A stretch of DNA of 64,000 bases from positions 16,798-80,797 of the IMG/VR virus record IMGVR_UViG_2926471356_000005. One strand, written 5' to 3'. Origin of the DNA: a virus. Its lineage: Duplodnaviria > Caudoviricetes. Shown here piece after piece: positions 47,650-58,298 of the stretch (position 1 is its first letter; every line of letters starts with the position of its first letter). The notes below the pieces were generated by a model. The model searched no databases and was not told where the DNA came from. It saw nothing but the letters and a program-made list of their open reading frames with translations. The translations under genes and the position numbers were made by a program.

Positions 47650-48566
47650 TACTCGGCGTTTATCTCAATGCCTATATAATGCCTGTCAAGCTGCTTTGCG
47701 GCTGCCCCCGTCGTGCCGCTGCCGAAAAAGGGGTCAAGCACAACGCCGCCTTTCGGACAGCCCGCCTTGATACAGGTTTCGGCAAGTTTTGGCGGGAACG
47801 CGGCGAAATGCCCGCCCTTGTAGGGAACGATATTGATAAGCCACACGTCCCGCCTGTTCCGCATGGTCGGCATGAGGGCTTCGTCGTAGTAGCTGCCGCT
47901 TCGCGCCCGGTTAAGCCCCTGTACGTTCCCCTGTCCGGGTACTTCGTCCGCATATTTCTGTCCCGCGCTGCGCCCGGTGCGGTACCGCGCCGCCGTTGTG
48001 GGGGCTAACGGCTCGGCTATGGCGGCTGCGTCATAAAAATACTTCTTTGACTTCGTAAGCAGAAAGATATGTTCATAGCAGCGGGTAGGGCGGTCTTTCA
48101 CGCTCTCCGGCATGGGGTTTTCTTTCTGCCAGATAATGTCGCTCCTTAAATACCACCCGTCAGCGCGTAGGGCAAAAGCTAAAAGCCAGGGAATACCGAT
48201 TAAGTCCTTTTGTTTGCAGCCGGAAACGCGGTTGTTTCTTGCAATCTGCTGTCCGTTTCTCCCTTTCGGGTTCTTCGGGTCTGCATGGTAGCCTTTATTT
48301 CCTGTGCCGCAGTAGGTGTCCGCGATATTCAGCCAGAGCGTACCGTCAGAACGCAGTACCCGGCGCAGTTCGCGGAAAACCTCGGTCAGCCTGTCAATGT
48401 ACTGCTCCGGCGTGTCCTCCCGCCCAATCTGCATATCAAGCCCGTAATCCCTAAGCGCATAGTAGGGCGGGCTTGTGACGCAACAGTGTACGCTTTCCTC
48501 TGGAAGCTCCCGCAAGGCATAGAGCGCGTCCCGGTTGATAATGGTGTCTGTCCTTAATTTTGTCAT
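47607..48566 (-). CDS. Orphan N4/N6 DNA methyltransferase (beta class)
   Basis: TSPPY before LDPFFGSGTT. Confidence 0.92.
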   Translation of the reverse strand: MTKLRTDTIINRDALYALRELPEESVHCCVTSPPYYALRDYGLDMQIGREDTPEQYIDRLTEVFRELRRVLRSDGTLWLNIADTYCGTGNKGYHADPKNPKGRNGQQIARNNRVSGCKQKDLIGIPWLLAFALRADGWYLRSDIIWQKENPMPESVKDRPTRCYEHIFLLTKSKKYFYDAAAIAEPLAPTTAARYRTGRSAGQKYADEVPGQGNVQGLNRARSGSYYDEALMPTMRNRRDVWLINIVPYKGGHFAAFPPKLAETCIKAGCPKGGVVLDPFFGSGTTGAAAKQLDRHYIGIEINAEYCALARARIGGTDT

Positions 48567-51022
48567 GCTTCGCCCACTTCCTCCGGCTTCGTCGTCATTA
48601 CCCGGTAAAGCTCGGTGTCTTTCGGGAAGCGGTCTACAAAGGGCAGCACCACGTTCCCGTAGAAGATAAGCCCCTCGCCCGCTTCGGTGTGGGTGACATA
48701 CTTCATCTGCTGCGGGGAGATGTTGAGCTGCTTTGCAAGGATAGCCCGGTCGCCCGCCGCCTGATTGAGCATGAGGACAAAATCAGAGTTTTCAAAGATA
48801 TTCTCCACTTCGCGGGAAGCAAGCAAATCCTTGACGTTCTGCGTAATGGCTGTGGGTATGCCGCCCCATTTTCTGAAACGCTTCCAGATTTCAACGGAAT
48901 AGGCGGCGGTCTGTTCCTCTTTCAAGAGAAGATGAAATTCGTCCATAAAATACCGGGTGGATTTCCTTTCTGCCCGGTTGACGGTGACGCGGTTCCATAC
49001 CTGGTCCTGCACAATGAGCATACCTAACTTTTTGAGCTGCTTCCCAAGCTGCTTGATGTCAAAGCAGACAAGGCGGTTAGAAAGTTCCACGTTGGTACGG
49101 TGGTTAAAGACGTTCAAGCTGCCGGAAACGTAAAGCTCCAATGCCGCCGCGATACGCGCCGCTTCCGGCTCCGGCTGCTTCAAAAGCTCGTCGTAGAGGT
49201 CGCCCAAGATAGGCATTTTCTCCGGGTCGGGGTCTGCAAGGAAAGGGCGGTACACGTTCCTAACGGCGCGGTCAATGACGGTCTTATCGACGGGCTGCAA
49301 GCCCTCCTTGCCGCCGATTACAAGCTCGCAGAGGGAGAGGATAAAGTCGGATTTCAGCGCAAGGGGGCTGTCGTCCTCGGAATAGTTGAGGTTAATATCC
49401 ATAGGGTTCACATACTGGGGCTTCCCGTCAATGCCCTTGCCCGTAGGCGATAACCGTATCACTTGCCCGTCAAGCCGCTGCACAAGGGAAAAATACTCTG
49501 CTTCCGGGTCGCAGATAATTATGTCGTCGTCGGTAATGAGGAAAGCGTTTGTCATTTCCCGTTTGGCGGCAAAGGATTTCCCGCTTCCCGGCGTACCCAA
49601 GATTAAGCCGTTGGGGTTCTTTAGCTGCTTGCGGTCGCAGAGTATCATGTTGTTAGACAGGGCGTTTAAGCCGTAGTACAAAGCCGCGCCCGTCTGGAAA
49701 AGCTCCTGTGTGATAAAGGGGATAAAGATAGCGGTGCTTGACGTGGTAAGCCCTCTTTGAATGGGGATAAGGTTCTCCCCAAGCGGTACAGAGGACATAA
49801 GCCCCGCTTCCTGTTGGTAGTCAAGGCGGGTCAAGGCGCAGTTGTTCTTCTGTGCAATGCCCGCCGCCGCGAATACGTCATTTTCCAGTTTCCGCTTCGT
49901 GTCCGCCATGTTCACCACAAGGAACGTCAAGAGGAACATTCTTTCATTCCGGCTCTGCAAGTCCTGTAAGAGGTTCTTCGCTTCGCTGCCGAACGTGGCA
50001 AGGTCGGACGGGATTATATCCATGTCGTAGCCGCTGCGTACCGCTTTTTTCTGTTCCTCGATTTTCATTTTGTCAAGGTCGGTGATTTTCCGCTTGATTG
50101 TCTTTATGGCTTCGGTCTGGTCGATACTGTGGATATGCAGATTGACGATAACGCCCGTTTCCAAGTCCAGAATATCCGATAAGATACGGTCGTTTAATTC
50201 CGGCGCAAGGATTTCAAGGAATGAAACCGCGCCGATTTTGCGCCCCATGCGGAAATAACGCCCCTCGCCAAAACGGAAAGAGGATGGGGCGATAAAGTCC
50301 TTTGTGGAAAGCCCGGACGGGGCAAGCCATGAAAAATCAAAGGCAAACTGCCCGCCCTCCGGGTGGAAAATGCCATGCAGCATTTTAAGGCGTTCATAGC
50401 CTGTCATGGGGCGGGCAGACACGCCCAAGAGCTTAAAGTTGTTGAGTACGTCCGTTTCGATACGGGCAAGGCGGGATTTCGCCGCGCCCAGACTGTCGGC
50501 TTCAATGGCAAAGGTGATATATTTTGCTTTGACAAGCCCGTTGTTTCCCTTTGCAAGCTGGTTTTTCAGCATATTCCGGTATTCTGTGCGGATAGAGTTG
50601 AAAGCGTCCTCCTGTGCCGGGATATTGACCGCCTTTTCCGCTTCGCCCCGCTGCGTCCCCTGATTGATGAAAGAGAGCTGCACCGAAACGGAAGCGTCAA
50701 AGTAGTTGAGGAAGTCGCACCAGTTCTCAAAAATGGCGGTCTTGTCGTCTGCCTGTGCAAGCTGATAGTTAATATCTTCAAAGGCGACGGTCTTTGAGTA
50801 TTTCCGTCCCGTAACCTTGCAGATACCGTCCGGGTACATCTGGATATAGGGGATTGTCTGCTGTGCGGTGTGGGCTTTCCCGTCGCCCTTTGCCTGTCTG
50901 ATGATTTCCGCAATCTGCTTTTTCTCGGCGCGGGTGAGCTTGCGGGGCGGGTTAGGCTTTGCGCTTCCCGCCGCGCTGTTTCTTCGTGTTTCCTTTTGCA
51001 ATCGCTGATACCTCCTTTTCAA
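48563..51022 (-). CDS. VirB4-like conjugation ATPase
   Basis: GTPGSGKS, DPEAEY, MDEFH, KRFRKWGG. Confidence 0.93.
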   Translation of the reverse strand: MKRRYQRLQKETRRNSAAGSAKPNPPRKLTRAEKKQIAEIIRQAKGDGKAHTAQQTIPYIQMYPDGICKVTGRKYSKTVAFEDINYQLAQADDKTAIFENWCDFLNYFDASVSVQLSFINQGTQRGEAEKAVNIPAQEDAFNSIRTEYRNMLKNQLAKGNNGLVKAKYITFAIEADSLGAAKSRLARIETDVLNNFKLLGVSARPMTGYERLKMLHGIFHPEGGQFAFDFSWLAPSGLSTKDFIAPSSFRFGEGRYFRMGRKIGAVSFLEILAPELNDRILSDILDLETGVIVNLHIHSIDQTEAIKTIKRKITDLDKMKIEEQKKAVRSGYDMDIIPSDLATFGSEAKNLLQDLQSRNERMFLLTFLVVNMADTKRKLENDVFAAAGIAQKNNCALTRLDYQQEAGLMSSVPLGENLIPIQRGLTTSSTAIFIPFITQELFQTGAALYYGLNALSNNMILCDRKQLKNPNGLILGTPGSGKSFAAKREMTNAFLITDDDIIICDPEAEYFSLVQRLDGQVIRLSPTGKGIDGKPQYVNPMDINLNYSEDDSPLALKSDFILSLCELVIGGKEGLQPVDKTVIDRAVRNVYRPFLADPDPEKMPILGDLYDELLKQPEPEAARIAAALELYVSGSLNVFNHRTNVELSNRLVCFDIKQLGKQLKKLGMLIVQDQVWNRVTVNRAERKSTRYFMDEFHLLLKEEQTAAYSVEIWKRFRKWGGIPTAITQNVKDLLASREVENIFENSDFVLMLNQAAGDRAILAKQLNISPQQMKYVTHTEAGEGLIFYGNVVLPFVDRFPKDTELYRVMTTKPEEVGEA

Positions 51023-51353
51023 GTTTTCTCTGCCGTTCTAAGACGGAATAAAAGTTGTCTGTCCTGTATGGTCGTTCTTTGGGGGCTATGAATTTCGTCC
51101 GTATGATGTTCTTCACCACCACTTCAAGGGGCTGTCCATGCTTTTCATACATGGCGAACAGGAAACAGGGCAGCATGACGGCAATCATAGCCATAGACGC
51201 AAGGCTTGTGCCTGTGCTGTCTTTGAGCAGAAAGAAAAGCGGAAGCCCTAACAGGAGAGCTACCGCAAAACATACAATCTGCCGTTTGGTAAGGTTGAAA
51301 GCTACTTTTGTCTTGACTTTGGATAAGTCTTTGGGTACGGGTACATACGCCAA
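50952..51353 (-). CDS. PrgI-family protein
   Basis: VPVPKDLSKVKTKVAFNLTKRQ plus two TM segments. Confidence 0.9.
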   Translation of the reverse strand: MAYVPVPKDLSKVKTKVAFNLTKRQIVCFAVALLLGLPLFFLLKDSTGTSLASMAMIAVMLPCFLFAMYEKHGQPLEVVVKNIIRTKFIAPKERPYRTDNFYSVLERQRKLEKEVSAIAKGNTKKQRGGKRKA

Positions 51354-51530
51354 GTGGAAACCTCCTTTCTCTGGGTTTTTTGCTGCTGTAAGTTCCCATA
51401 GGGGTAATCAAGGCAAAGGTCAATTTCTGCCCTTTGCCCGTCCCTATTCTATGGGGTTTTCCCGCGTCAAGGTCGGGTAGTATTTTCGCCGCTTTGCTCT
51501 GAAAATCTCCACCCTACCCTTGACACGCCG

Positions 51531-52400
51531 CTAATGCGCGGAGAAAATCGACTTCGCCAGTGCGCCGGATTTGAACAGGGAGAAACAGAGGATAACGGTA
51601 TAGGCTGCAAGGGAAAAAATCGCGCTGTGCAGGTTGTCCGCTATTATCATGTTGTTCACCAAAACCGCGTAAATGCCGACGCATATCATTATGAGGAAGC
51701 CTTGAAAGCCAAGCGCGAACAGGGATTTTAGGTAGTTGTTCCCTATCTGTCCCCATTCCCGATTAGTCATTGTTGCGAACGGGATAGGCGATACCGAACA
51801 GTAAAGGTAAATTTCTATCATTCTGCCGTAGAGGATAACGGTTATCAGTACGGACATGATTTTCATGCACAAGCTCACAAGGCTTGTTTCCATGACAAGT
51901 AAGAGCAGTTCGGGGATTTCCATAGCGTCAAGCCCGCTTTGCATGGAAGCAAGGGCGGCGGCAACATCAATCTCTGTGCTGCCGCCGATTACCCCCGCCG
52001 CGCCGGAAACAACGTGCTGCGCCATATCGAACACCGCCATAGTGATGTCAAAGGTGTGCGTCACAAGGTAGACTGCCACAAACGCCTTGAACACCCACTT
52101 GAAGAACATGGAAGTGTCAACGTCGTGCATATTGTTCTTTTCCGTTACCATGCTGATAAGCTCATAGCATAGGACGTAGGTAATGACAAGCCCCGCAATG
52201 GGTACGATTACATTCTCACTAAGCGTCTGTATCATGGAGAATATATTTGCGTTCCACCCTTGCGGGGTCTGCCCTACCTCTGCGGCGATAGTGCCGACTT
52301 TCTCGTTTACGTCCCCGAACATAGTTGACAGATTACCGTTTATGGCTCCTATGAGGATTTCCTTTATCCATTCGTTAATCGCGTCAAGTATGCTCTGCAT
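51531..52400 (-). CDS. VirB6-like conjugation membrane protein
   Basis: Multi-TM, YGRMIEIY...PIPFAT; between maff2 and prgI. Confidence 0.85.
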   Translation of the reverse strand: MQSILDAINEWIKEILIGAINGNLSTMFGDVNEKVGTIAAEVGQTPQGWNANIFSMIQTLSENVIVPIAGLVITYVLCYELISMVTEKNNMHDVDTSMFFKWVFKAFVAVYLVTHTFDITMAVFDMAQHVVSGAAGVIGGSTEIDVAAALASMQSGLDAMEIPELLLLVMETSLVSLCMKIMSVLITVILYGRMIEIYLYCSVSPIPFATMTNREWGQIGNNYLKSLFALGFQGFLIMICVGIYAVLVNNMIIADNLHSAIFSLAAYTVILCFSLFKSGALAKSIFSAH

Positions 52401-52419
52401 AAGCCTTTACCCGCGCTTC

Positions 52420-52512
52420 TTAACCGAACAAGCCGGAAAGCAGCGGTACAAGGGTCATGCCGATAAGGGCAACGCCGCCGCCCGCCATAAGCTGCTTCAT
52501 GCCCTGGCTTTT
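52420..52512 (-). pseudogene. maff2 (pilin-like) 3' half
   Basis: KSQGMKQLMAGGGVALIGMTLVPLLSGLFG-stop. Confidence 0.85.
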
Positions 52513-52600
52513 TGCTTATGTGTGATAAAGAAGTAATAGAAGTGTAAAAAATTTTGCCGTTCCTATCCGGCACATGAGGTATGTCGGATAGGTCGGGCGG

Positions 52601-54226
52601 TTAGGTGTCGGGCAGTTCTACCTTGCCGACAAAAGAATAATAGATTTCGATTTCCTGTCTGCGTAACTTGCCCCGGCGTTTCCCGTCAAGGGCAACGCTT
52701 TCATGGACAACGATTTTCTCCACAAACTCCCGCAGCAGAGTAGGGGTAAGTTCTTCAATGGTAGTGTGCCTGCGTACCACATTCATAAACTTTTCAGCGT
52801 TTGCGGTGGCTTCCTGCGCTTTGGAAAGTTCTTCCCGCAGTCTGGCGGCACGTTCTTTCAGTTCTTTCTGCTCGGCTTCATAGTCTGCCGACAGCTCTGT
52901 GAAACGCTCGTCCGATATGCGCCCGGTTACGCTGTCCTCATACAGCCGCTTGAAGATAGCAGATAACTCGGCTATGCGTTTCTCGGCGGCTTCCAGCTCC
53001 TTTTTCTTGGCGGCGTTCCTGCGTCTGTCCCCGTCCTCATTCTGCTCGATTAAAAGCTTCATAAACCGGGCTTCATGCTTTGCCGCATAGCTGGTAACTT
53101 TCCGCAGATTGGAGAGTACGCCAGCGGTCAAGAGGTCAGTGCGGATAAAGTGCGCTGTGCAGTCGGCGGTGCGTTTCTTGTAGCTTCCGCAGATATAACA
53201 GTCCTGCTTGCGCTTGTCCGTCTGGTATCGCTGCTGGTACATGACGCTGCCGCAGTCGGCACAAAAGAGTATGCCGGAGAACAAGCCCACTTCGTCATAA
53301 CGGTTGGGGCGTTTGCGCTGCTTGCGTAACTCCTGCACCCGTTCCCACGTTTCCCGGTCAATGATAGGCTCATGGTGGTTCTCAAAAACCGCCTGCTTTT
53401 CCGGGGGATTTTCTATGCTGTGTTTCAGCTTGTAGGACGGCTTCTCGGTCTTAAAGTTTACCAGACAGCCCGTATATTCCCGGTTTTCCAGCAGATGAAC
53501 CACGGTATTGGTCGCCCACTTGCACTCATAGCCGGGGTGGTAGCGGCGGGTGCTGCCCGTCCTGCGGTATTCCAGCGTCCCCGGCGTGGGGATTTGCTGC
53601 TCGGTCAGCATACGGGCTATCTTGGTCGGACCGTTCCCGGCAAGGCAAAGGCTGTAAATCTGCCGTACCACCGGGGCGGCTTCCTCGTCAATGATAAAGT
53701 TTTCGTCCTCGTCCATGAGGTAGCCATAGACGGGCTTGCTTGTGATGGGCTTTCCGCTCATGCCCTTAGAGCGTTTTACTGCCTTGATTTTCTTGCTCGT
53801 ATCTCTCACCAGCCATTCGTTAAAAATGTTCCGCAGCGGGGCAAAATCATTTTCCCCCTGTGCGCTGTCCACTCCGTCATTGATAGCGATGAAGCGGACA
53901 CCTTTCTGTGGGAAAATCATTTCTGTGTACATTCCCACCTGTAAGTAGTTTCGCCCTAACCTCGACATATCCTTGACGATAACTGTCCCGACTTTCCCTG
54001 CTTCAATGTCTGCAAGCATGGCTTGAAATCCGGGTCTTTGAAAGTTCGCACCGGAATAACCGTCGTCGGTGTACCAGCGCAGATTAGAAAATCCATTCTG
54101 TTTGGCATAGGTTTCCAAAATCCTCTTTTGGTTGGAAATGGAATTGCTCTCGCCTTGCAGCTCGTCCTCATGGGACAGTCTTGGGTAAAGGGCGGTAATG
54201 AGTTGCTGGGTGGTCTGTCTTAACAT
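52601..54226 (-). CDS. TnpX-like large serine recombinase
   Basis: ALYPRLS, KDMSRLGRNY, CADCG. Confidence 0.95.
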   Translation of the reverse strand: MLRQTTQQLITALYPRLSHEDELQGESNSISNQKRILETYAKQNGFSNLRWYTDDGYSGANFQRPGFQAMLADIEAGKVGTVIVKDMSRLGRNYLQVGMYTEMIFPQKGVRFIAINDGVDSAQGENDFAPLRNIFNEWLVRDTSKKIKAVKRSKGMSGKPITSKPVYGYLMDEDENFIIDEEAAPVVRQIYSLCLAGNGPTKIARMLTEQQIPTPGTLEYRRTGSTRRYHPGYECKWATNTVVHLLENREYTGCLVNFKTEKPSYKLKHSIENPPEKQAVFENHHEPIIDRETWERVQELRKQRKRPNRYDEVGLFSGILFCADCGSVMYQQRYQTDKRKQDCYICGSYKKRTADCTAHFIRTDLLTAGVLSNLRKVTSYAAKHEARFMKLLIEQNEDGDRRRNAAKKKELEAAEKRIAELSAIFKRLYEDSVTGRISDERFTELSADYEAEQKELKERAARLREELSKAQEATANAEKFMNVVRRHTTIEELTPTLLREFVEKIVVHESVALDGKRRGKLRRQEIEIYYSFVGKVELPDT

Positions 54227-54353
54227 AAATTCCTCCGTTTCCGACAGCCAGCCCCACTATTCCGTACCTTGATTGTACCACATGGGGCGGCTGTCTGTAT
54301 AGCGGCAAAAGCGTCAAATCTGCTTCTTTACGGTCGGTAAAAATGACGGTTTT

Positions 54354-54548
54354 TCAATCAGGCTTATCACAGGTCAAATATCCGGCGGCGGCTTCTGCTT
54401 CCAGCACTTTCATCATCTTGTCAGCGGCGGTGTCGGTCGCCCCCTCCTTGAAAAAGCCAGACACCACAAGGATTGTGTTGCCTATCCTCGTTTCGGTCAC
54501 GCAGTCCGGGCGGCGGGCAGGGCGTTTGTTTCTCTGGGTGTCGGTCAT
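54354..54548 (-). CDS. TnpW-family protein
   Basis: TRIGNTILVVSGFFK...TAADKM. Confidence 0.85.
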   Translation of the reverse strand: MTDTQRNKRPARRPDCVTETRIGNTILVVSGFFKEGATDTAADKMMKVLEAEAAAGYLTCDKPD

Positions 54549-55399
54549 AGGCAAATCTCCTTTCCGGCAAGCAGCCGTTTCAGCTGTTCCATTTTTCCCT
54601 GTGCGGCGGCTTTCCTCAAATTCTCCCCGGTAAAGCAGAGAGGGGAACACATTTCAAGCAGGCGGTCATAAATCCGGGCGTGGGCGGTGTCCTCCGGGTG
54701 CTGCAATTCCTCCAGCGTGAGGTTGGTCGTCACAATCAGCGGCTTCCTGCTCCGGTAGCGGCTGTCAATCACATTGTAGACCTGTTCCAGACCGTATTCT
54801 GTGCCACGCTCCATTCCAAAATCGTCAATGATGAGCAGGGGGAAGCTGCAAAGGCGGGAAATATATTCGTTCCTGCCCGCAAAGCTGGCGGCAAGGTCGT
54901 TTAATATTGCTGCAAAGTTTGTCATGCACACCGGGACTTCCTGCTCCATGAGGGCGTTTGCAATACACCCGGCAAAATAGCTTTTCCCAGTGCCTACCCT
55001 GCCCCACAAGAGCAGCCCGTAGTTCCCGTCCTTTATCTGTTCCCAGCGTGCCACATATCCGGCGGCGTTCTTCATCTGCGGGCAGCTGCCGTTATCGTTG
55101 GCAAATGTCCAGTCCTGCATGGTCTTGTCTGTAAAGCCCTGCCGTTTCAGCCGTTCCACCGTTTCAAGGTGGCTGCGCCGCTTCTCGGCGGCTTCCCGTT
55201 CCTTACGGGCTGCCCGCTGGCAGTCGCACTCTGACGGGTGGCGGTCACGCCCGAAAAAGGTCTTGCCCTCCGGGAAATAGGCTTCTTTGGGTTTCCGGCA
55301 TTTGCCGCAGTATAAAAGCCCGTCCTCCCCGGTGTAATCCTCCGGCTCGGCTGTGGTGTCGGTCATAGGCAGTATGGTGTTGTGGATTGTATCGGTCAT
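54545..55399 (-). CDS. DnaC/IstB-like ATPase (helicase loader)
   Basis: GRVGTGKS, IIDDFG, IVTTN, RIYDRL. Confidence 0.92.
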   Translation of the reverse strand: MTDTIHNTILPMTDTTAEPEDYTGEDGLLYCGKCRKPKEAYFPEGKTFFGRDRHPSECDCQRAARKEREAAEKRRSHLETVERLKRQGFTDKTMQDWTFANDNGSCPQMKNAAGYVARWEQIKDGNYGLLLWGRVGTGKSYFAGCIANALMEQEVPVCMTNFAAILNDLAASFAGRNEYISRLCSFPLLIIDDFGMERGTEYGLEQVYNVIDSRYRSRKPLIVTTNLTLEELQHPEDTAHARIYDRLLEMCSPLCFTGENLRKAAAQGKMEQLKRLLAGKEICL

Positions 55400-56157
55400 A
55401 GGCTTTCTCCCTCCTTGAATGAATAGTCCGGTATGCCTTTCTTTGGCTTCTCTTTGGCAGCGTCCTCCTGCGCCCACTTGTAAATGGTGGCTGCATGGCT
55501 CTGGTACTGCTTCCCGGTGGAAGCGATGTGGCAGGAAAGGCGGTCAAGGTAATACTCCCACTTGCCGGGGAAGTCCTGTTCCAGCTCCAAAAGTTCTGTG
55601 TCAGAAAGAAATACATTTTTATATCTGCCATAAGCGGCGGGGGGCTGCCCCTCACTCGCTCCTTTTGTTTGGCTCTCTATTAGGTTGTTTATATTAGTTT
55701 GGTTAGGGGACGGTTTTCCGACCGTCATAAGGTCAGTTTTCCGGCTGTCAGTTGGTCGGTTTCCCGCCCTTATGAGGGGCGGTTTTCCGTCCGTCAGTTG
55801 GTCGGAAAACTGTACCACTGGGATAGGCGGCACTTTCACATACAGACGGTTGGCGGCAGAAAAGCCCGTCCGTCTGCGTTCCAGCAGCCCGGCAGCGTCC
55901 AGTTCGTTCAGTGCGCCCTTTATGGTGGTGCAGCCTTTATCCAGCATTTCCGCTATCTCTGCTATGGGGTAGACAATGTATGTCCGTCCCTCGCTGTCCT
56001 GCCAGCCGTTCTTCTGCGAAAGGGTGGAACGGTCTAACAGCAGCGCATATAACTCTCTTGCGGTGTGGGATAGGTCTGTTTCCAGCAGGAAACGGGGGTA
56101 AGGCAGGTAAGCGGGCAGCTCCGTTCCTGCGGTCATATAATCAGCGATAGGGTTCAC
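55396..56157 (-). CDS. Replication initiator (RepA_N-like)
   Basis: LYALLLDR...SQKNGWQDSEGRTYIVYP; ends GESL. Confidence 0.85.
   Translation of the reverse strand: MNPIADYMTAGTELPAYLPYPRFLLETDLSHTARELYALLLDRSTLSQKNGWQDSEGRTYIVYPIAEIAEMLDKGCTTIKGALNELDAAGLLERRRTGFSAANRLYVKVPPIPVVQFSDQLTDGKPPLIRAGNRPTDSRKTDLMTVGKPSPNQTNINNLIESQTKGASEGQPPAAYGRYKNVFLSDTELLELEQDFPGKWEYYLDRLSCHIASTGKQYQSHAATIYKWAQEDAAKEKPKKGIPDYSFKEGESL
55708..55815. repeat. Iteron-like repeats inside repA
   Basis: CGGTTTTCCG-like units recur at roughly 21-22 bp spacing. Confidence 0.55.
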
Positions 56158-56266
56158 CTCCTTGTGGTGTCTGTCTGTGGGTTCTGTTACGCTTTTAGGG
56201 GGCGTTTTTAAGGGAAAAGGATAAATGTATCACGCACCCTTTGACACCCTCCAAAAAAGCCTTGAT

Positions 56267-56653
56267 TTATGCGGGTTTGAAATGCCCTAAAGCGTGACAT
56301 TTCTCCCTTTGTTTCCGCTTCCGTTTGGCGGCGTTTATCCGCTTCATGCGTCCGGCGCAGTCCGGGCAGTATTTCCCCCGGTTGGATTTTGGGAAGAAGA
56401 ACGCCCCGCAGACAGCGCAGCGTTTCCGGCTTCCCCGGCGCAAGAGGGCGGCTTCCAGTGCTTCATCAAGGGGCAGGACAGCGGCGGTAAACCAGCGGCA
56501 GAGCAGCGAATAGCTGATACTCTGTACACACACGCAAGGCTCGCCGTCCTCCAACAGCAGGCAGTTCCCGCTGTCATAGTTGCAGCACTCATGCACAAGG
56601 CGGCGGGCTGCCCGGTACTGGCGGTAGTCCATGCGGGGGATATTACCGTTCAT
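56267..56653 (-). CDS. Cysteine-rich VLP-domain protein
   Basis: CCNYDSGNC...LLCRWFTAAVLP. Confidence 0.85.
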   Translation of the reverse strand: MNGNIPRMDYRQYRAARRLVHECCNYDSGNCLLLEDGEPCVCVQSISYSLLCRWFTAAVLPLDEALEAALLRRGSRKRCAVCGAFFFPKSNRGKYCPDCAGRMKRINAAKRKRKQREKCHALGHFKPA

Positions 56654-58298
56654 GGCTCTGCTCCTTTCTGCGCTGCGGCTCGCTCCGGCGTAAAATCTGG
56701 TCGATATTGCCCTTGACAGTCTGCAAGCGGCGGTACTCCTCCCGTTTTGCCCGGTAATCGTTGTAGCCGCTGTTTTTCTCTTTGATAAGGCTTTCAATCT
56801 CTGCTTGCAGGGATTTATAGCTCGGCAGCTTGGAAATGCCGTTCTCCCTGAAATAGCGGGCGGCTGCGTCTGCTATGATAAAGTCACTTTCATGCTTCTG
56901 ACGGTAGGCTGCTTTTGCTTTGGCGTTTTTCTGCTGTTTCAGCCCGTCCCGGACAGGGCGGGTCTTGGAATAGGCAAGCACCTGCCGTTGCAGCTCCTTT
57001 TTCCCGTTCAGCGTCTTTTCCACCTGCTTCAACCACGCAAGGCTTTCCTGCATGGCGGCATAGGCGGCAGAACAGGCTTCGTCCAGTTCCTCCGGGGAGG
57101 AAAAGCCGTACTGCTGATAGGCGGTAACGGTAGCTGCCATTTGCTTTAGGTTGTGCTTTGCCGCCCAGCGGTCATAGCCCACGCCCTTGCCCTCGGCTCG
57201 CTTGGCTTCCCGGTCAACCATGCGCTGCAAGGTGTTGTCTGCCGGGGTGGTTTTTGCAGCTTTTTCCCCTTGTAACGGCTTTTTAACTGCGGCAGGGTAT
57301 TCGGGTATGGCTTTGGTCTGTTCGGCAGCTCTGTGGGCGTTCTGCGTGAGCAGGGCAAGGACAGCAGCCTTGTCAAAATCGTCCCCCAGCTTTCGGGCTG
57401 TGATAGGCTTTGTCCTGTCCGGCGTGAGGTAGGAAAGCCGCCCCCGGCTCTCCTTGACGGTCACACCCTCCCGCAGCAAAAGGGAAGAAAACTCGTCAAA
57501 GCTGCCAGCTTGGGAAAGTGCCTGCCGTATCGTCTGGCGCAGCTTCGCCTTGTCCGTTTCAAACTTGGTGGGCTTGGTCGGCTGTCCGGCGGCTTCTCTG
57601 GCGGCGTTCTCTTTGTCAAGGGCAAGCTGCCCTTTCTTTGCCGCCCAGTATTCCCGTTCGGTTATCCGTTCCTTGCTGCCGTTCAAGAGGTCGATTTGGT
57701 AAAGCCCCTCCCGGTGGCACATTTCCATGACTTCGCTCTTGAAATATTCCATAGCGGCGTTGGTGCAGCGGTGCTTGCAGCCCTCCAGCGTGTCGGCTGG
57801 TCTGTCCATGTAGGGCAGAAGCGGGACTTCGTAAATCCGCAGGGAGTTGATGACGATATGCACATGGATATTCCCGCTGTGGTTATGCCCGTCCGGGTGG
57901 GTGCAGATTAGGGCTTGGTGTCCGGGGAAATGCTCCTTGCAGAACTGCTCGCCCAGCTCCTGCGCCCGGTCTACGGTCAAGCCGTTGTCTGTCCCGTCCC
58001 GTGGGTCAAAGCTGATGATATAGTGGTGGCTTTTCACATCTTCCCGTTTTTGGTTTTTCTCATAGCGGAGATTGGCTCGCATACAGGCAACAGCGAAATC
58101 CTCGCCCCCGCAGTTGAGGGAAGAAATGCGGTAATCCTCCCTCGGTATCAGCCGCCCGTTTTCATCAAGGGTGGCTTTCATGGTAAACTCGTCATGCTCA
58201 AATGTGAGATAGGCTTCCGCTGCGCCATAGTCGGCGTTTTTAGAGCTGATATGTTTGAATGTTGCCAACAGCGTCACCCACTTTCTGCAAGACTTCAA
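56643..58298 (-). CDS. Relaxase (MOB-P type)
   Basis: HHYIISFDP, THPDGHNHSGNIHVHIV. Confidence 0.9.
   Translation of the reverse strand: MKSCRKWVTLLATFKHISSKNADYGAAEAYLTFEHDEFTMKATLDENGRLIPREDYRISSLNCGGEDFAVACMRANLRYEKNQKREDVKSHHYIISFDPRDGTDNGLTVDRAQELGEQFCKEHFPGHQALICTHPDGHNHSGNIHVHIVINSLRIYEVPLLPYMDRPADTLEGCKHRCTNAAMEYFKSEVMEMCHREGLYQIDLLNGSKERITEREYWAAKKGQLALDKENAAREAAGQPTKPTKFETDKAKLRQTIRQALSQAGSFDEFSSLLLREGVTVKESRGRLSYLTPDRTKPITARKLGDDFDKAAVLALLTQNAHRAAEQTKAIPEYPAAVKKPLQGEKAAKTTPADNTLQRMVDREAKRAEGKGVGYDRWAAKHNLKQMAATVTAYQQYGFSSPEELDEACSAAYAAMQESLAWLKQVEKTLNGKKELQRQVLAYSKTRPVRDGLKQQKNAKAKAAYRQKHESDFIIADAAARYFRENGISKLPSYKSLQAEIESLIKEKNSGYNDYRAKREEYRRLQTVKGNIDQILRRSEPQRRKEQSHER

Noticed and set aside
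47607-48566. Restriction-modification system
   Set aside because: No adjacent endonuclease; orphan methyltransferases are common in ICE transfer regions
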